A stretch of DNA of 63,004 nucleotides, the filler included, from Gonapodya sp. JEL0774 (lineage: Eukaryota): assembly GCA_027604505.1 (NCBI GenBank). It is 56 parts of 56 records of this genome, joined end to end, with 100 filler letters (N's around TTAATTAATTAA, not from the genome) between each part and the next. Parts side by side here need not be neighbours in the genome. Positions count along the whole stretch, not along the records: positions 48,538 to 49,560 come from JADIIX010004159.1; positions 49,661 to 50,682 come from JADIIX010004160.1; positions 50,783 to 51,804 come from JADIIX010004161.1; positions 51,905 to 52,926 come from JADIIX010004162.1; positions 53,027 to 54,048 come from JADIIX010004163.1; positions 54,149 to 55,169 come from JADIIX010004164.1; positions 55,270 to 56,290 come from JADIIX010004165.1; positions 56,391 to 57,410 come from JADIIX010004166.1; 48 more parts are not named here. One strand, 5' to 3'. The notes under the pieces were generated by a model that was not told the origin of the DNA, searched no databases, and saw only the letters and a program-made list of their open reading frames with translations. Below are positions 48,538 to 61,206 of the stretch, one piece after another (the first letter of the stretch is position 1; each line of letters opens with the position of its first letter). Both the position numbers and the translations under genes were made by a program.

Positions 48538-49560
48538 CCGGCCGGTTTTTGTGCGAGCGCGGGTCTCACTGATCATAGAGACGGGTCCCAAAGAAAGGAA
48601 CAACTCTTCAGTACCCGAGCGACATTCGATGCAAAGACTACACTCTGCCGGAATGCGAATAACAGCAATCACTCACTCAAACACAATATCCCCCTCGTGG
48701 TCGTCGATGACGTGTCTCACAACAGGACAGTCCCTGTCCGCAATCGGCACCTGCGTATTGCTATACACCAACATGGACGTCTTTGTATCGTACGAAACCG
48801 ATTGGGGCTTGCAGTAGAACATCCGCCTACACTCTGCGAGGGGACATGGCAGCGACTCGAGCTCGAACGAGGCCAGAGACGACAGTGTCGACACCGAGGT
48901 GCTGGACTCGCTCGTTGTAGTGGACGAGGTGAGTGGGTACGCGACGTGATGGTGGCCTTGCATAATTGCGGCTGCTGCTGACTGGTTAATCCGCGGGACA
49001 GGCAAGACTTTGCCGCCCGATGGCCTCGGAAGGGATCCGCTATGCGAACCGCGGCTAGAGCTTCCGGACGAGTTGGTGTGAGCGGCTGATTCGGGGTTGA
49101 TGTCCGTGTGTCCGTGGACGAAGAGAACTGGTTCAGGCTCGGTGGGTTCTGGTGAGGGCATGTGGATAGGACTCGGGCTCTTTGCGTAAGGATTTGGTTG
49201 ATACATGAATTGCGGGGAGGTGGAAGAGGTTGCAGGGGAAGGGTATCCGAAATCAGCAACAGACGGCGCGTTCAAGATGTCTTCAAGGGAGAGGAGCTGC
49301 TCCATTTCCAAGAGGTCAGATTCCTCAAAGTTAGAGAAGGCAATCTCCTGGTTGGACGACGGATCGCTTATATTGGAGACTGTGGGTGCGGCTGACCAAT
49401 GAGTATGCAAAGAGGCCGGTGTGCCGATACTTGATTTGGGAGTGAGAGCAGGGCTGACTGTCATCAAGGGAGCATTCGCGCCACTGAACTGGATCGATTT
49501 TCCGCCCACTGTGTTATTTGTGAAATGAGCTGGAATTTGTGTTCCCAGTCCATGACGGTA
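48538..49560 (-). CDS. Ser/Pro-rich protein with possible C2H2 zinc fingers (putative transcription factor)
   Basis: 278-aa ORF with LPCPLAECRRMF...VRHVIDDH. Confidence 0.5.
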
Positions 49561-49823
49561 NNNNNNNNNNNNNNNNNNNNNNNNNNNNNNNNNNNNNNNN
49601 NNNNTTAATTAATTAANNNNNNNNNNNNNNNNNNNNNNNNNNNNNNNNNNNNNNNNNNNNCCGTGAGAAACTGCCGAAATCTGTTGACTCGAACGTTTAC
49701 GTATGTCCTCATTGTTCCAAGCACCTGAATTCTGCTCGAGGGTTGAAAGTGTGTATTGTGTTTGAAATATGTCCGTTGCACAGCTTTTGAGCACTCCAAT
49801 TTTGATCCACACATCAACATCAG

Positions 49824-50339
49824 TCACATGTTCGGGGCGCCCACGAGCTCAAGAAGTACGGTACCGACTGGCGACCAAACATGCCCCGCGACATTCCATG
49901 TGGACACATGGGCTGCGACAAGGTGTTTGCGATGGAGGAAGCCGCATGGCAGCACCGGATCAACAAGCACACCTCGGTGGACAACACTGAACTCGAAGGT
50001 GTTCCCGACACTCGTGCAGCGCCTCCGACTGACATTCCATCTGGAACTTTGCCTGACAGCGGTCAATCGGAGAATTCCACTGTTGAATATTCCACAGCGA
50101 CCGCGGGTGACCAAGACGGTGAATTCGCATACTACCCCTGCCCAACCTGCGGTCAGGCCGTAGTCCGACGGTCCTGGGGCATGCTGCTGCATTTAGAGCA
50201 GTTGAAGCCGGTGTTGGGACTGGATATGCGTTGTCCTGCGGTGGGATGTGGGAGGACGTTTATCGAAGGGCGAGCGTTGGTACAGCACTACAAGTTTTGC
50301 AGGCTGGGAGCGGAGAAACGGACGTTGCTTGCAGTGTAG
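49824..50339 (+). CDS. Multi-C2H2 zinc finger protein, last exon
   Basis: CGHMGCDKVF...QHRINKH, CPTCGQ..LHLE, CPAVGCGRTF...LVQHYKFC. Confidence 0.75.
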   Translation, partial: SHVRGAHELKKYGTDWRPNMPRDIPCGHMGCDKVFAMEEAAWQHRINKHTSVDNTELEGVPDTRAAPPTDIPSGTLPDSGQSENSTVEYSTATAGDQDGEFAYYPCPTCGQAVVRRSWGMLLHLEQLKPVLGLDMRCPAVGCGRTFIEGRALVQHYKFCRLGAEKRTLLAV

Positions 50340-50846
50340 TACCCTTCTGAGTTATGTAGCGAGTGCATAAAGCACGCAATCGGTCAACCTGCTCCGAGCT
50401 TCGGCTACTTATAATTCATCGGCTCAAGTATCAGTGACAAATATATACTGTCCCTTCATGAGAATGACTAAACCACCAATCTCCGAACGTGACTTTACCG
50501 GAGCGAACGAAAGAGCTGTGTAGTTGTTAGTCATTTAGTGGAGCCAACCAAAGCTCTGTCTGCGGAGTTTGAAGTTCGACTCTCTCCTTTCTCCCCACAA
50601 ACTCTCGCTTATGTCACGGTAACCATCCAGCTCCCGTTTACCCATTCTTCGTTGCTGATATCTGACCGTCTTGTTGTTGGCTNNNNNNNNNNNNNNNNNN
50701 NNNNNNNNNNNNNNNNNNNNNNNNNNTTAATTAATTAANNNNNNNNNNNNNNNNNNNNNNNNNNNNNNNNNNNNNNNNNNNNTTGCAAGATGCTCAAACG
50801 GGATCTTCCATGAGGGCTACAACACCTGCATCGTATTCTGGAACCG

Positions 50847-51804
50847 GTGTGGGTGGGGTGGCAAAGTTTCAGGTCTGCTCCTGCCGTTCGATCGTGTATC
50901 CCTTTCCGAGAACCCATTCATGTCTCGCGACGTATTTCGCCCAACACTCCACTCCAGAAACCCAGTCGGCGCGTATCGAACACCAGTCAAGGGGTTCCAG
51001 GACCTACTACAATTGATACTTTCGCCAATCGCCCTACTGTGATATTGCAGGACATCAAAATAAGTCAGCTGAAGCGACTGGAAGAAACCACGTCGTCCCA
51101 AGCAACACTCGCGAATGATTCGTCTGCCGTAATCACGGAGATTGACGACAAAAATGAAGAACCTTCTCAAGTTTATTCGGGGCCCTTGTCGCCACATCAA
51201 TCGTCCATCGCTACTTCGAACATGGCATGCGCAACGATCAGTACCACTCTACAGGTCGTGACAGCAGAGCATTCTATTTCGGAAAGCTTTGTATCGGTGC
51301 ACGCTGATGAACTTGAACGGTTAAAACGTGAAAATGATTCTCTTCTCAATGTGGGTTAATTTCGGCTTGGGCGAATGATGATGGAGGCGATGATAGATCC
51401 AATGCAAACCTCCGATTTTTAGCGTCTTACCTCTACCGTCAACTATATCGCGTCCGTAGAGTCATCAAATACATCTCTCAATACTCGCCTTCTCTCTCTT
51501 GAAGAAGAAGTACGTTATTTCCGCTCCCTGCATGACCGAGCGCAATCAACCATCAATCAGCTCGAGGACCGTATAGCGCAGCACTGTCGCCGTGCCGACC
51601 TGGCAGCCGAGGATGCGGAACTCGCCAAGGCGCAGTTGGCTGAAGCGAACAGTGCTGCAGACATGGCGTCGGAGGACCGGCGTAAGCATGAATCCGATGC
51701 AGCGAGAGAGGTCGAGAAGCTGCGAGAAAGAGCTGAGCGAGCTGAGCAAGCTCTCGAGAAGGCCGAACAAAAGCTGGAAGAGTGGGAGGACCGAGCTTCT
51801 GAGT
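50847..51804 (+). CDS. Coiled-coil hypothetical protein fragment
   Basis: ELERLKREN then, after an intron, heptad-rich LEEEVRY...AREVEKLRERAERAEQALEKAEQKLEE. Confidence 0.55.
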
Positions 51805-54148
51805 NNNNNNNNNNNNNNNNNNNNNNNNNNNNNNNNNNNNNNNNNNNNTTAATTAATTAANNNNNNNNNNNNNNNNNNNNNNNNNNNNNNNNNNNNNNNN
51901 NNNNCCCCTTTACCCGACGCAGATCAGCAAACGGCAACAGCACTTCCCACTCTCGCGGACCTCTCATCTGCCATCACACTCGCTCTATCGTCGATCGCTC
52001 TCGCAGCATCCGAACCCCCAAAACGTGAAAAGGGCAAGGAGGTGGTGCGGGACCGCTTTGTGACAGAACCTCTGACGTACGAACTACCGGACAACGAGAC
52101 AGAAACAACCACCTCTATCCGGCCCTTCCTCTTCCTCCCCTCGTTAACAATACGCCTTCCAACTCGCGCCGCTTCCTACCTCCCCTTCCTCCCTTTTCCG
52201 CCTTCTTTTGTTCCACCTCTTCTCTACCACGTCGGAAGCTCTGAGCTCACACTCCTCCCATACGTACCATTCCTGGTGTCAGTCCTGACACATTATGCCA
52301 ATAGCGAAATGACGAAGATTCAAAGGGGTGTCTCAACGTTGGAGGAAATGAAGTATAAAGTGAAGGGTGCGTAGGCTGAAGGAGCTGTTGGCGCCATAAT
52401 ACGAGTGCTGCAGTATGAGGAAGTGATACGGACTTTCATCTGCAGTGAATTGACCTGTACTTTGATTTTGTTGTTGAATGCATATTCCAATATGATTGAC
52501 CCCTTCGCATGCAGTCAGGATAAATACTTTTGCAGATATCGCACTGGATCTGATCGACAACGGACTGGCCTGGCCGAAGTCACACATATTCTTTTAGCTT
52601 TGAGATCCTAATCTTTTCTGTCATGCGCTGTGCGCGCCTTCCATGGGAACGAGGTCCTACCGAAAGTGCCTGCCGGTCGACCACTCTGAGATACGACGGT
52701 GAAGGAGGCGGACACAACATCCTACATGCACAGAAGCATCTTTCATCATAATGGACGAGCAAATGGCGTCGAGGATCGATCTATGCGCAGTTTATTGCTT
52801 TTAGAACATACTATAATATGTGCATTGTCATCATAAGTCACAGTCCGTACCTCCTGCCCATTCTCATGTCACTGGCAATAAGCAAAGTCAACTTAAGCAA
52901 TGAGTCCATCCACCTGCCCTGCCCACNNNNNNNNNNNNNNNNNNNNNNNNNNNNNNNNNNNNNNNNNNNNTTAATTAATTAANNNNNNNNNNNNNNNNNN
53001 NNNNNNNNNNNNNNNNNNNNNNNNNNAACTGGTGCAAATCCACTCAGGAAAGCCTGTTCCCTTTATAGATTTCGTTAGCTTCTTGACGCGAATCCTCAAA
53101 GATACAAAATTGGTGCAAAACAGGAATCGAGCGTGAAGTGAAGAAGATATAAGCCGAACAAACATTGTCGGGGAACTACGACCAGTCGGAGCGCACGGTG
53201 ATCACAAGTTTGGGAGAGGATGCTGAGAAGACTTGCCGTTGGCTGATGTCACACGCCACACTCCATTCAAACCCCCAAGTTGAACACGCATAACGATCCA
53301 CAGAGCAGCAGACATTGTACGGCAAATTTGCACCGTGTACACTGATTGCGTTGCTATCGGGGTGGAATATACTGCATATCGTGCATAATATACTGGATAT
53401 CATCTTTCCCCCTAACAACTGGCCGTTCTCACCTGGCCCTTTCCCATTCGAGCATAAGTAAGCTATACAGTAAGATTTGACTGTACTGTTGCTTTTATAA
53501 CTGTCATACGTGTAGGTCGTCGCAGTTGAATCTCACTGATGTTCTTGGCGCCATGGCGCTGACCATATTACATTGTTAATGTTATCATGTATATACTGAG
53601 TCCATTCCGAACAATTGCAAGTCAAGTACTACCGCGCCCAATCAGGACATAATTGATTCCGTGAACTGAGGTCGGGAGGGGAACGTGACCGCCTGCGTGT
53701 TTTCGTGTGCCACCTTTTCTTCAACAGGTTTTGCACAGCAGCGATTCCGCCATCTTGCGCCAGGCGGGTGAGCTGGTCTCAAATAAGAGTTGAAGCTGAT
53801 TGCACTAAGCTGACGTTACCGATACAGCTGCCTGGTGAGTGCGGCGGTTGGGTGTTTTCACGGGTTGCGTTCCGATCAGCATCCTCAGGTTCTTTCTCCG
53901 CTCCGTGCTCTTGTCAAGGCATAACGAGCTTTTCTTCACTTTAGACTGCCTTCCTACGCCCCTAACGACCAGCTATCCCCATGTTATCGACAGACCTGAA
54001 CATCGAGCTTATCAATGCCGTGGAATTGGGTAGAGCCGCAGAAGTGAANNNNNNNNNNNNNNNNNNNNNNNNNNNNNNNNNNNNNNNNNNNNTTAATTAA
54101 TTAANNNNNNNNNNNNNNNNNNNNNNNNNNNNNNNNNNNNNNNNNNNN

Positions 54149-54895
54149 TTTGTGTCGGCATTAGGACCAAGCGACCGGCTGAGGTTGGATTCTGTGGAGT
54201 ACTTGACGGCCGACAATGACACAAAAGCAAACTGGCATCACAATGTCCCCCAACTCATTCGAATGTTCCCCTTGGCGAGCAGACTTGAGGGCACCGCATT
54301 CTACCCCAACAATATCTTCGAACCCTCGACGGGGAATAATATCGAGTCCCCCGCGTTTGCAGCCTGGCGTGCTTCAGTCTCTTATTTGGCGGTTTCTTAT
54401 TGGAGGGACCTCGACCTCCAGGTGGTTCTCAGAATGTACCCAAACTTGCAGACGCTCGGTAGCATCGGAATGCACCCCGTCTGCAGCATTTCCGAGCGCG
54501 CTTCCTTGAACAGGAATTTTCCTGCTCTCCAAACTCTACAAGTTTTCTTACATTCCATGTCGCTCGAGAATGCAGCGGCCTCAGACGCACATGTGGTCGC
54601 GTTTCAGTACGCCTTCAACATCAGCCGCCTCTTTCCAAACCTCTTGGAACTCGACATCAAGTGCACTGTGAACTCTGAAATCGCAGTCGCCGTCCTTGGG
54701 ATGTTCCTTGGTGCGATTTTCCTTACTGCACCATTGCAATGCACCGTTGTCTTTGAGGCACCCCATTTGCGCCACACGTACTTTGTTAGGGAATGGCGTG
54801 GGTTATTGCGACATTGGCCCTCCATACTTCACAGTCACAACTGGAGTGCTGATATGGCTGTGAAAGTGCGAAATGGGGTGGTGGTTCTTGAATGA
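54149..54895 (+). CDS. LRR-like (F-box/RNI-type) protein, C-terminal part
   Basis: Intronless ORF of about 248 codons with repeated (F/Y)P(N/A)LxxL motifs. Confidence 0.55.
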   Translation, partial: FVSALGPSDRLRLDSVEYLTADNDTKANWHHNVPQLIRMFPLASRLEGTAFYPNNIFEPSTGNNIESPAFAAWRASVSYLAVSYWRDLDLQVVLRMYPNLQTLGSIGMHPVCSISERASLNRNFPALQTLQVFLHSMSLENAAASDAHVVAFQYAFNISRLFPNLLELDIKCTVNSEIAVAVLGMFLGAIFLTAPLQCTVVFEAPHLRHTYFVREWRGLLRHWPSILHSHNWSADMAVKVRNGVVVLE

Positions 54896-55269
54896 TGGAC
54901 ATGGTGAGTGTAGTCATCAGACATCAACCAGGATCACGGCATTGCGGTTTAATGCCGGCTTAACGAGCAACCGTCAATTTGGCCACTCTAGTTTATGTGG
55001 CTTGGAGCTCAAAGATTTTGACGGAGAGAAGATCTCGCAGGATGCTTGGACATATATTTTCGTTCATATTTCAGCCCACATATATTTCAGACCACATATG
55101 GTGGGACCAATCTCAGAGATGAATTGAGTAAAAGCAATTGTTGTCATAATGCCATAATCTGACGTGAAGNNNNNNNNNNNNNNNNNNNNNNNNNNNNNNN
55201 NNNNNNNNNNNNNTTAATTAATTAANNNNNNNNNNNNNNNNNNNNNNNNNNNNNNNNNNNNNNNNNNNN

Positions 55270-56290
55270 GCCACCGTCGCGGAACACCGGTTACCCCTGG
55301 GTTACTTGTGGTTCCCGCCAGAGAGGATGGAGAGGGGTGTGGTGGAGAAGGAAGGCGACGTGTACGCGTTTGCGATGGCGTGTGTGGAGGTGAGGTCGGG
55401 TGGTGTGGGGTGGTTGCGGGCCGGTCGGTGTGCATCTGTACCAGACCCGCCCACTCCTCGCCCTGTCCCCCCACCTCACCCACCCCCAAGATCTGGACCC
55501 TGTGCCCCCCCTTCGGCCTGCCGGCCCACGCCGATCCCACCAGCACTGCTCACCGCATCGTGCACGAGCACCTCCGCCCGTCGCTGGACCCCCTCGCCAC
55601 CATGCCCGTTGCCCTCCGCAACGTCCTCCAGTGGTGCTGGCATCCCGATCCGGCCAAGCGGCCGCCCGTCGAGGGGGTGCTCGAGGCGGTCAGGGTCGTG
55701 CAGAGGGTGGGGGTGGGGGTGGGGGGCGGAGGTGGGTCGCTGGACGGGCTGGCGACGGCCCCCCCTCGTTGCTGGATTAGTATGGGGACTCACTCGCCAC
55801 GCCTCCCCCCGCCATGACAAGTCTCACCCACGCCGGTCTCTTCCTCCACCGTCACCATCTTCCGCGTCGTGAGACCGTTCACTCCGTCTCGTGACGACGA
55901 GCTGGAACTCATCGTCGGACGGAGGATAAGTGAGGAAAAGAGGTTCGGGGATGGGTGGTCGCAGGGGTGAGTTCGAGGTGGGGGAACGGGTTAAGGGTTG
56001 CGGGGAATGCGGAGGTAGTCTTTTTGTGACATTAACAACGCGTTTCACTTGGGACACAAAAGCGTGGACCTCTCCACCGGCAAACTCGGCCACTACCCCC
56101 AAAACTGCGTCGAGCCCGAACCCGAGCCCGAATCCCCTCCTCCTGCCACCTCATCCCCTTCCTCCCCCCCCTCCCTCCTGTCCACCCTCGACAGCCTCTC
56201 GCACACCGTGCTTCGGATCGGCATGCTCGCGGACACGGTGGTCGTGTACAAAGAGAGTTGGAAACGGGTGGCGGGGAGGTTGAGCAGGTG
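55270..56290 (+). CDS. Tyrosine-kinase-like protein kinase C-lobe followed by an SH3 domain
   Basis: WFPPE, DVYAFAM..E|IWT..PPF, CWHPDPAKRP; SH3 FRVVRPFTPSRDDELEL...DGWSQG|VDLSTGKLGHYPQNCV. Confidence 0.85.
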
Positions 56291-56390
56291 NNNNNNNNNN
56301 NNNNNNNNNNNNNNNNNNNNNNNNNNNNNNNNNNTTAATTAATTAANNNNNNNNNNNNNNNNNNNNNNNNNNNNNNNNNNNNNNNNNNNN

Positions 56391-57265
56391 GAAACAGATG
56401 TTCCGCTTGCCCGAGAGAGCTTGCAACAGAGTTTGAGGCGCTCAAGGTGGGAGGACGCCGGTCAGTACCGCCTTCCTGCTCGAGCTGCGGGTAATGCATC
56501 ACGCTGTCCGGGTATATGATTGTTGGGTTCGCTGAGTGCGTTCTTGCATTCGATTGATTCTCCTGATATCGTTGGCGAGAAGAGGGAGAACCTGCGCCAT
56601 CACCGTTACTGTTCGCACCCGGGGCCATGGCGTAGTGGGCGGCGAGTTGAGCATTGGTGGTGCTGGCAGGGACAGCGGGAGGCAATCCTCCGGGGGCGAC
56701 ATTTTCGGAAACGCGCACCACTCGAACGGGATATTCTCGAGCGCTGGTGCCGGTGCCGCTTGCGTAGGGATGGGCCTGGGAGGAGTCACCGGTCTTTCCC
56801 CGTGTTGCCTCGACTTGCATTGAGTGAGTACCTGCAGAGAGTTTCCCCGCGATCAGGATACCATTGAAACCACCCAAAAAGAACCCGAGAGCAAATCTTA
56901 CTTCTCAAGTGCCGCAGAAGGTTATCTGAAAATTATGAATGGTGTCGGAGAATACGGTTCAGCCGGCTCCGCGGAGTTTTACAACATCACGATGCGCAAG
57001 CCCACCTCGTCTGCCGAATCCCTTCTGGCAAAACGAACACCAATGAGGTTTGACCCCCGTGTGGGTTTTGGCGTGCCTGTGGGGATGGGAGGCGTTTGTT
57101 CGGATGGGGAGTCCACCCTGCCGACACATTTTTCTCTGCGCTTTCGGGCTTCACGCACCTGAGCAGCTGGGCGAAACGATTCGCCGTTCTGCCACACGTC
57201 GAGCATCTGAAAGTGCGCTGGGAGCCGTCTCTGATTTCTTCGATAGCGGGCACCTCTTCAGACAT
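56391..57265 (-). CDS. C2H2 zinc finger transcription factor (two fingers)
   Basis: FRCSTCGR...LLR|HAKTHTGVKPHWCSFCQKGFGRR|DNLLRH. Confidence 0.88.
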
Positions 57266-57510
57266 TATGATGGTGAGGCGAGCTCGGCGGAGGAGGCAGT
57301 TGATGAGGCAGGGAGGAAAGAGGACGAGGCGAATATAAGGCGATGACTTATGGGGTGACTCGCGGCTTCAGGCGGTCGACTGAAAACGGACGAGCGCGCG
57401 CTGTTCGATTNNNNNNNNNNNNNNNNNNNNNNNNNNNNNNNNNNNNNNNNNNNNTTAATTAATTAANNNNNNNNNNNNNNNNNNNNNNNNNNNNNNNNNN
57501 NNNNNNNNNN

Positions 57511-58013
57511 CCACGTCTTTGAATTGCGAGGAGAGCCCCCGAACAAAATCTTCCCGGAGAGTTTTCCTTCACTGAAGCGACCACTGATGACGTTCATAAG
57601 AGTCGTTTTCTTTCGGAGAAACCACAGGTGAAACAATTCTGTTTCGAGTGACGGAACGCGCTGAGAACTCACGCCAGCTCCGGAACCACCAAGTATTGCA
57701 ATCATCTCCCCTGAAGAACGCAGCGGGACGCTTTCAGCATCGGTGGTACCGTCCGTTTACGACCAAATGCCGCAACACACCAGTTCTGATGTTGCCGGAA
57801 ACATTTCGTAAAACCACTGTCTCTCGACCTGTTTTCTTTTGAGAGATGCTGTACGTGAGATTTGACCACTGGAGAGTTGTTGCAGGTAACTGATTCTGAG
57901 AATCTTGGGGATATCTTCGAAGTGCTCAAGGGAGTCAGGGATGTCTGGTTTGTTCGCGGAAGCGCGGGCCAAATCACCCACAGTGCCTGTAACGAAATCG
58001 CAGCGTTTTCCAT
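57511..58013 (-). CDS. ABCG (White-type) transporter, N-terminal NBD fragment
   Basis: WSNLTYSI...VLRNVSG, GEMIAILGGSGAG|KTTLMNVISGR (Walker A); start uncertain. Confidence 0.9.
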
Positions 58014-58630
58014 GTGCGACGTCTTGAAAGCTCTATTTCCGTCAAGTCGCTGGTCAAGAGTGCTCAAGAGCGTGGTTGCTGGACACCCGGAATGTGGATG
58101 GAGGACGTCACACAGTCCAAATATATTAGATGTTATCATATAATAATATCCCCCAAGCATTCACGGTATTACAGTCAAATATTTGCTAGCTTTTGCGCAC
58201 GGAAAGCACATTGAGTCCTCGCGTGTCTTACCTATCCCCATCAGCTCATCTGAATCACGATTTGCGTAGTGGTCTGGTGGCTACATACGTAGTTCAGCGC
58301 AGCCGGTGCTTTGTTCGAGTACCAAAATTCATTGCAAAGACGCCGAAGATCTGCTCATGCCGTATGGGGACAAAGATGAATCGGTGTGGTTGGAGTTTAG
58401 ACGCAACCACTCAGATAGGATCATGACGTACGTTGGTCTTCGCTCACCATTACGATCAATGTGAACCCCGCAACAATGGTAACGTTCAGGCCTTTAATGA
58501 CGAGAGAGATATCAAGGCTTAAGTATATTCNNNNNNNNNNNNNNNNNNNNNNNNNNNNNNNNNNNNNNNNNNNNTTAATTAATTAANNNNNNNNNNNNNN
58601 NNNNNNNNNNNNNNNNNNNNNNNNNNNNNN

Positions 58631-59014
58631 AGCAGACGCTCAATTGCGTTTACAAGATCAGGGTGTGTCGCAAGACGGTTAAGATCGTCCGACATGTAAG
58701 GGAAGTTCTTGATGTTCCCCGAGAACTGGAGTTTGAGATACGGCCGGCCGAGGAAACGGCCCGCGAAGATGTCACATCACGTCACTTCATGAGTACCAAT
58801 TTATCCATACAGAAAGAGACGGACACACCTGGGAGCTACTAAGATACGCGTACTTCGGATTTTCCCTGTCTGCGAAGAAGTCCTCTGGTTTTGGGAAATG
58901 CCACCATAATCCATCTTGAGCAGCTGCTACTTCTGCAGGTGTCAAGAAGCCCGGAATAATGGTAAATCCTTTCGTGTCAACCTCACGGAGATGATCATCT
59001 GAGATGTAAACCAT
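58631..59014 (-). CDS. Phytanoyl-CoA dioxygenase (PhyH) family 2OG-Fe(II) oxygenase, 5' part
   Basis: MVYISDDHLREVDTKGFTIIPGFLTPAEV...SQ|FSGNIKNFPYMSDDLNRLATHPDLVNAIERL. Confidence 0.8.
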
Positions 59015-59546
59015 TGGGGAAGACGAAGACGAATACTGTAAGTGTTCCGGCCTTGGATGTTACTCAACCATCGTTCTCCGGCTAAATTCGATACCGCCCA
59101 ACACCAAATGAATGCGTACGTGGTTTTTTATAGAACTTATAAGTCAGGTATCTGTGCTTTTTTTGTTACCGAAGTTTGAGAGGCCTATCTCTTGTGTTCT
59201 TTCTCCGCGCGCAACGATGTGAGAAATGGAAGGCGCACATGAACTCGAGACAGAGGAATGTTTTTTCTGTTTTACTGGGTCATGGAGACCTCGCTAACCG
59301 ACAGGAGCTGTCCCGTTCCTTGGCTTTGGTCAAACCGATGACCTCACTCGACAAGGCTTTTCGCGGAATTTCGTAACCTGAAGACTCGATAGTCAAACGT
59401 GAGCAATCATTCCCGAGTACAACTTACCCGGTGCTCAATCGGTCTCATTTTCCGTCTAATCGATGAACCGCTGATTGCCTTTTGCCAGAACACGTATTAC
59501 GAGAAACACCTAATCATCAGCATCTCTTTGCCTTGAGAATTCAATC

Positions 59547-59613
59547 ATGACATCAGTTCTCGAACAACTCAAGAAGTACACCACTGTTGTTTCCGACACG
59601 GGCGATTTTGAAG
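59547..59613 (+). CDS. TAL1: Transaldolase, first exon
   Basis: MTSVLEQLKKYTTVVSDTGDFE followed by a GTATGT donor. Confidence 0.92.
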
Positions 59614-59749
59614 GTATGTCTCCTCTTCTGTGCTAGAGTTCATGACTCGNNNNNNNNNNNNNNNNNNNNNNNNNNNNNNNNNNNNNNNNNNNNTTAATTA
59701 ATTAANNNNNNNNNNNNNNNNNNNNNNNNNNNNNNNNNNNNNNNNNNNN

Positions 59750-60768
59750 CCGGTCCACGGGCCTGGACAGCCGCCGCCGGTGGCACACGATGGTGCGATG
59801 GGGATAGGGATGGGGATGGGGATGGGGATGGGGTACGTGTACCCCGGTGCCCACGCGGCGCCCGGCCAGCCGTTTTCCCACCCGCCAGGACCGCCCCACC
59901 AGCCTGGCCAGCACGTCGCCATGGTCCGCCCGCCGCCGCCGGGATACAGCGTGCCCGGCGCGCCGCAGCACACGTACCCCGCGCAGGTGCAGTGGCACGA
60001 CCCGGCCGGTACTATGGGCGGCGCGGTGGGGTACGCGTACGGCCCACCGCACTACCCACCCCCACCCCAGCACCAGCACCCGCAGTCGGACCTGTACACC
60101 GCGCCCCCCGTGGGCAGTGCGTATGGCAGGGGGAATGTGGGGGAGGGTGGTGGTGGTGGCGGTGGCGGTGGCGGTGGGGGGCGGACAGCGCCGACAGGGA
60201 CGGACCCGGGCGCGGCGCGGGGGCAGGAGTACGCGGGTGGGGGCAGGGTGAGGGGACAGCAGGGGCAGAGGCAGGTGCAGGGATTTGTGGAGGGAGCTGG
60301 GGGGGAAGTGAGGGCGAGTGGAAGTGGAGGGGTTGGAGGAGGGTCGTCGTCGGCCGGGACCTTGAAGACCGGTCCCACGTGTGAGTTTTGTGGGACAAAG
60401 ACGTCGCCTGAGTGGAGGAAGGGGCCAAGTGGGCCGAGGAGGTGGGTTGAGGGGGGTGGGGAAAGGATGTGCGTGTGTGTGTGGAGAGTGGTGGAACTGA
60501 TCGATGTGCGCCTTGTTTGGTTCGTGTCACCACCACCCCCCGGTACGTGCACTTATTGTTTCCCGCGCGGGGCACGATGATGCACCACACCCAGTCTCTG
60601 CAACGCCTGCGGTCTCAAGTTCGCTCGCGGTGCCAAAAGCGGACGGATTAGGGGCCCCGCCGCACAACAACCGCAGCAACTGCACCAGCACCAGCACCGT
60701 CCCGACCTCGTGGTGCAGGTCCACCAGGGGTTCCAACCCCCGGACATGCCCATGGACCCACGGTACGC
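59750..60768 (+). CDS. GATA zinc finger transcription factor fragment
   Basis: CEFCGTKTSPEWRKGPSGPR|SLCNACGLKF (C-x2-C-x18-C-x2-C). Confidence 0.92.
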
Positions 60769-60868
60769 NNNNNNNNNNNNNNNNNNNNNNNNNNNNNNNN
60801 NNNNNNNNNNNNTTAATTAATTAANNNNNNNNNNNNNNNNNNNNNNNNNNNNNNNNNNNNNNNNNNNN

Positions 60869-61206
60869 GATGACCCGAGTATGGATTCAAAGCACATGAT
60901 AACATGAAGTTGTTTACAAAAGCGATCAGTGTGCGCCGTGAGTCGTGTGATATTGAAATGGAAACTCTCACCAGCTTTCAAAAGCGACTCCAAAATGTCC
61001 ACATCGCCTCCTCTGATCGCCAGCGTCAACGCTGACTCACCCAAAGCCTCATCTCGCTTTGCGATGTTCCCACCGTCCTCCATGATCACTCGAACGATGA
61101 CCCTCTTCCTTGCGTTCGGGTCCAGGCCGCTCATCATCACCCGCTTCATCTTATACACGTCAGATGATTCAATCGCATTGAGGAGATGGTAGATCGTGAT
61201 GGGCAT
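60869..61206 (-). CDS. Ankyrin-repeat protein, 5' part
   Basis: LLNAIESSDV...GLDPNARK...GESALTLAIRGGDVDILESLLKAG. Confidence 0.8.
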
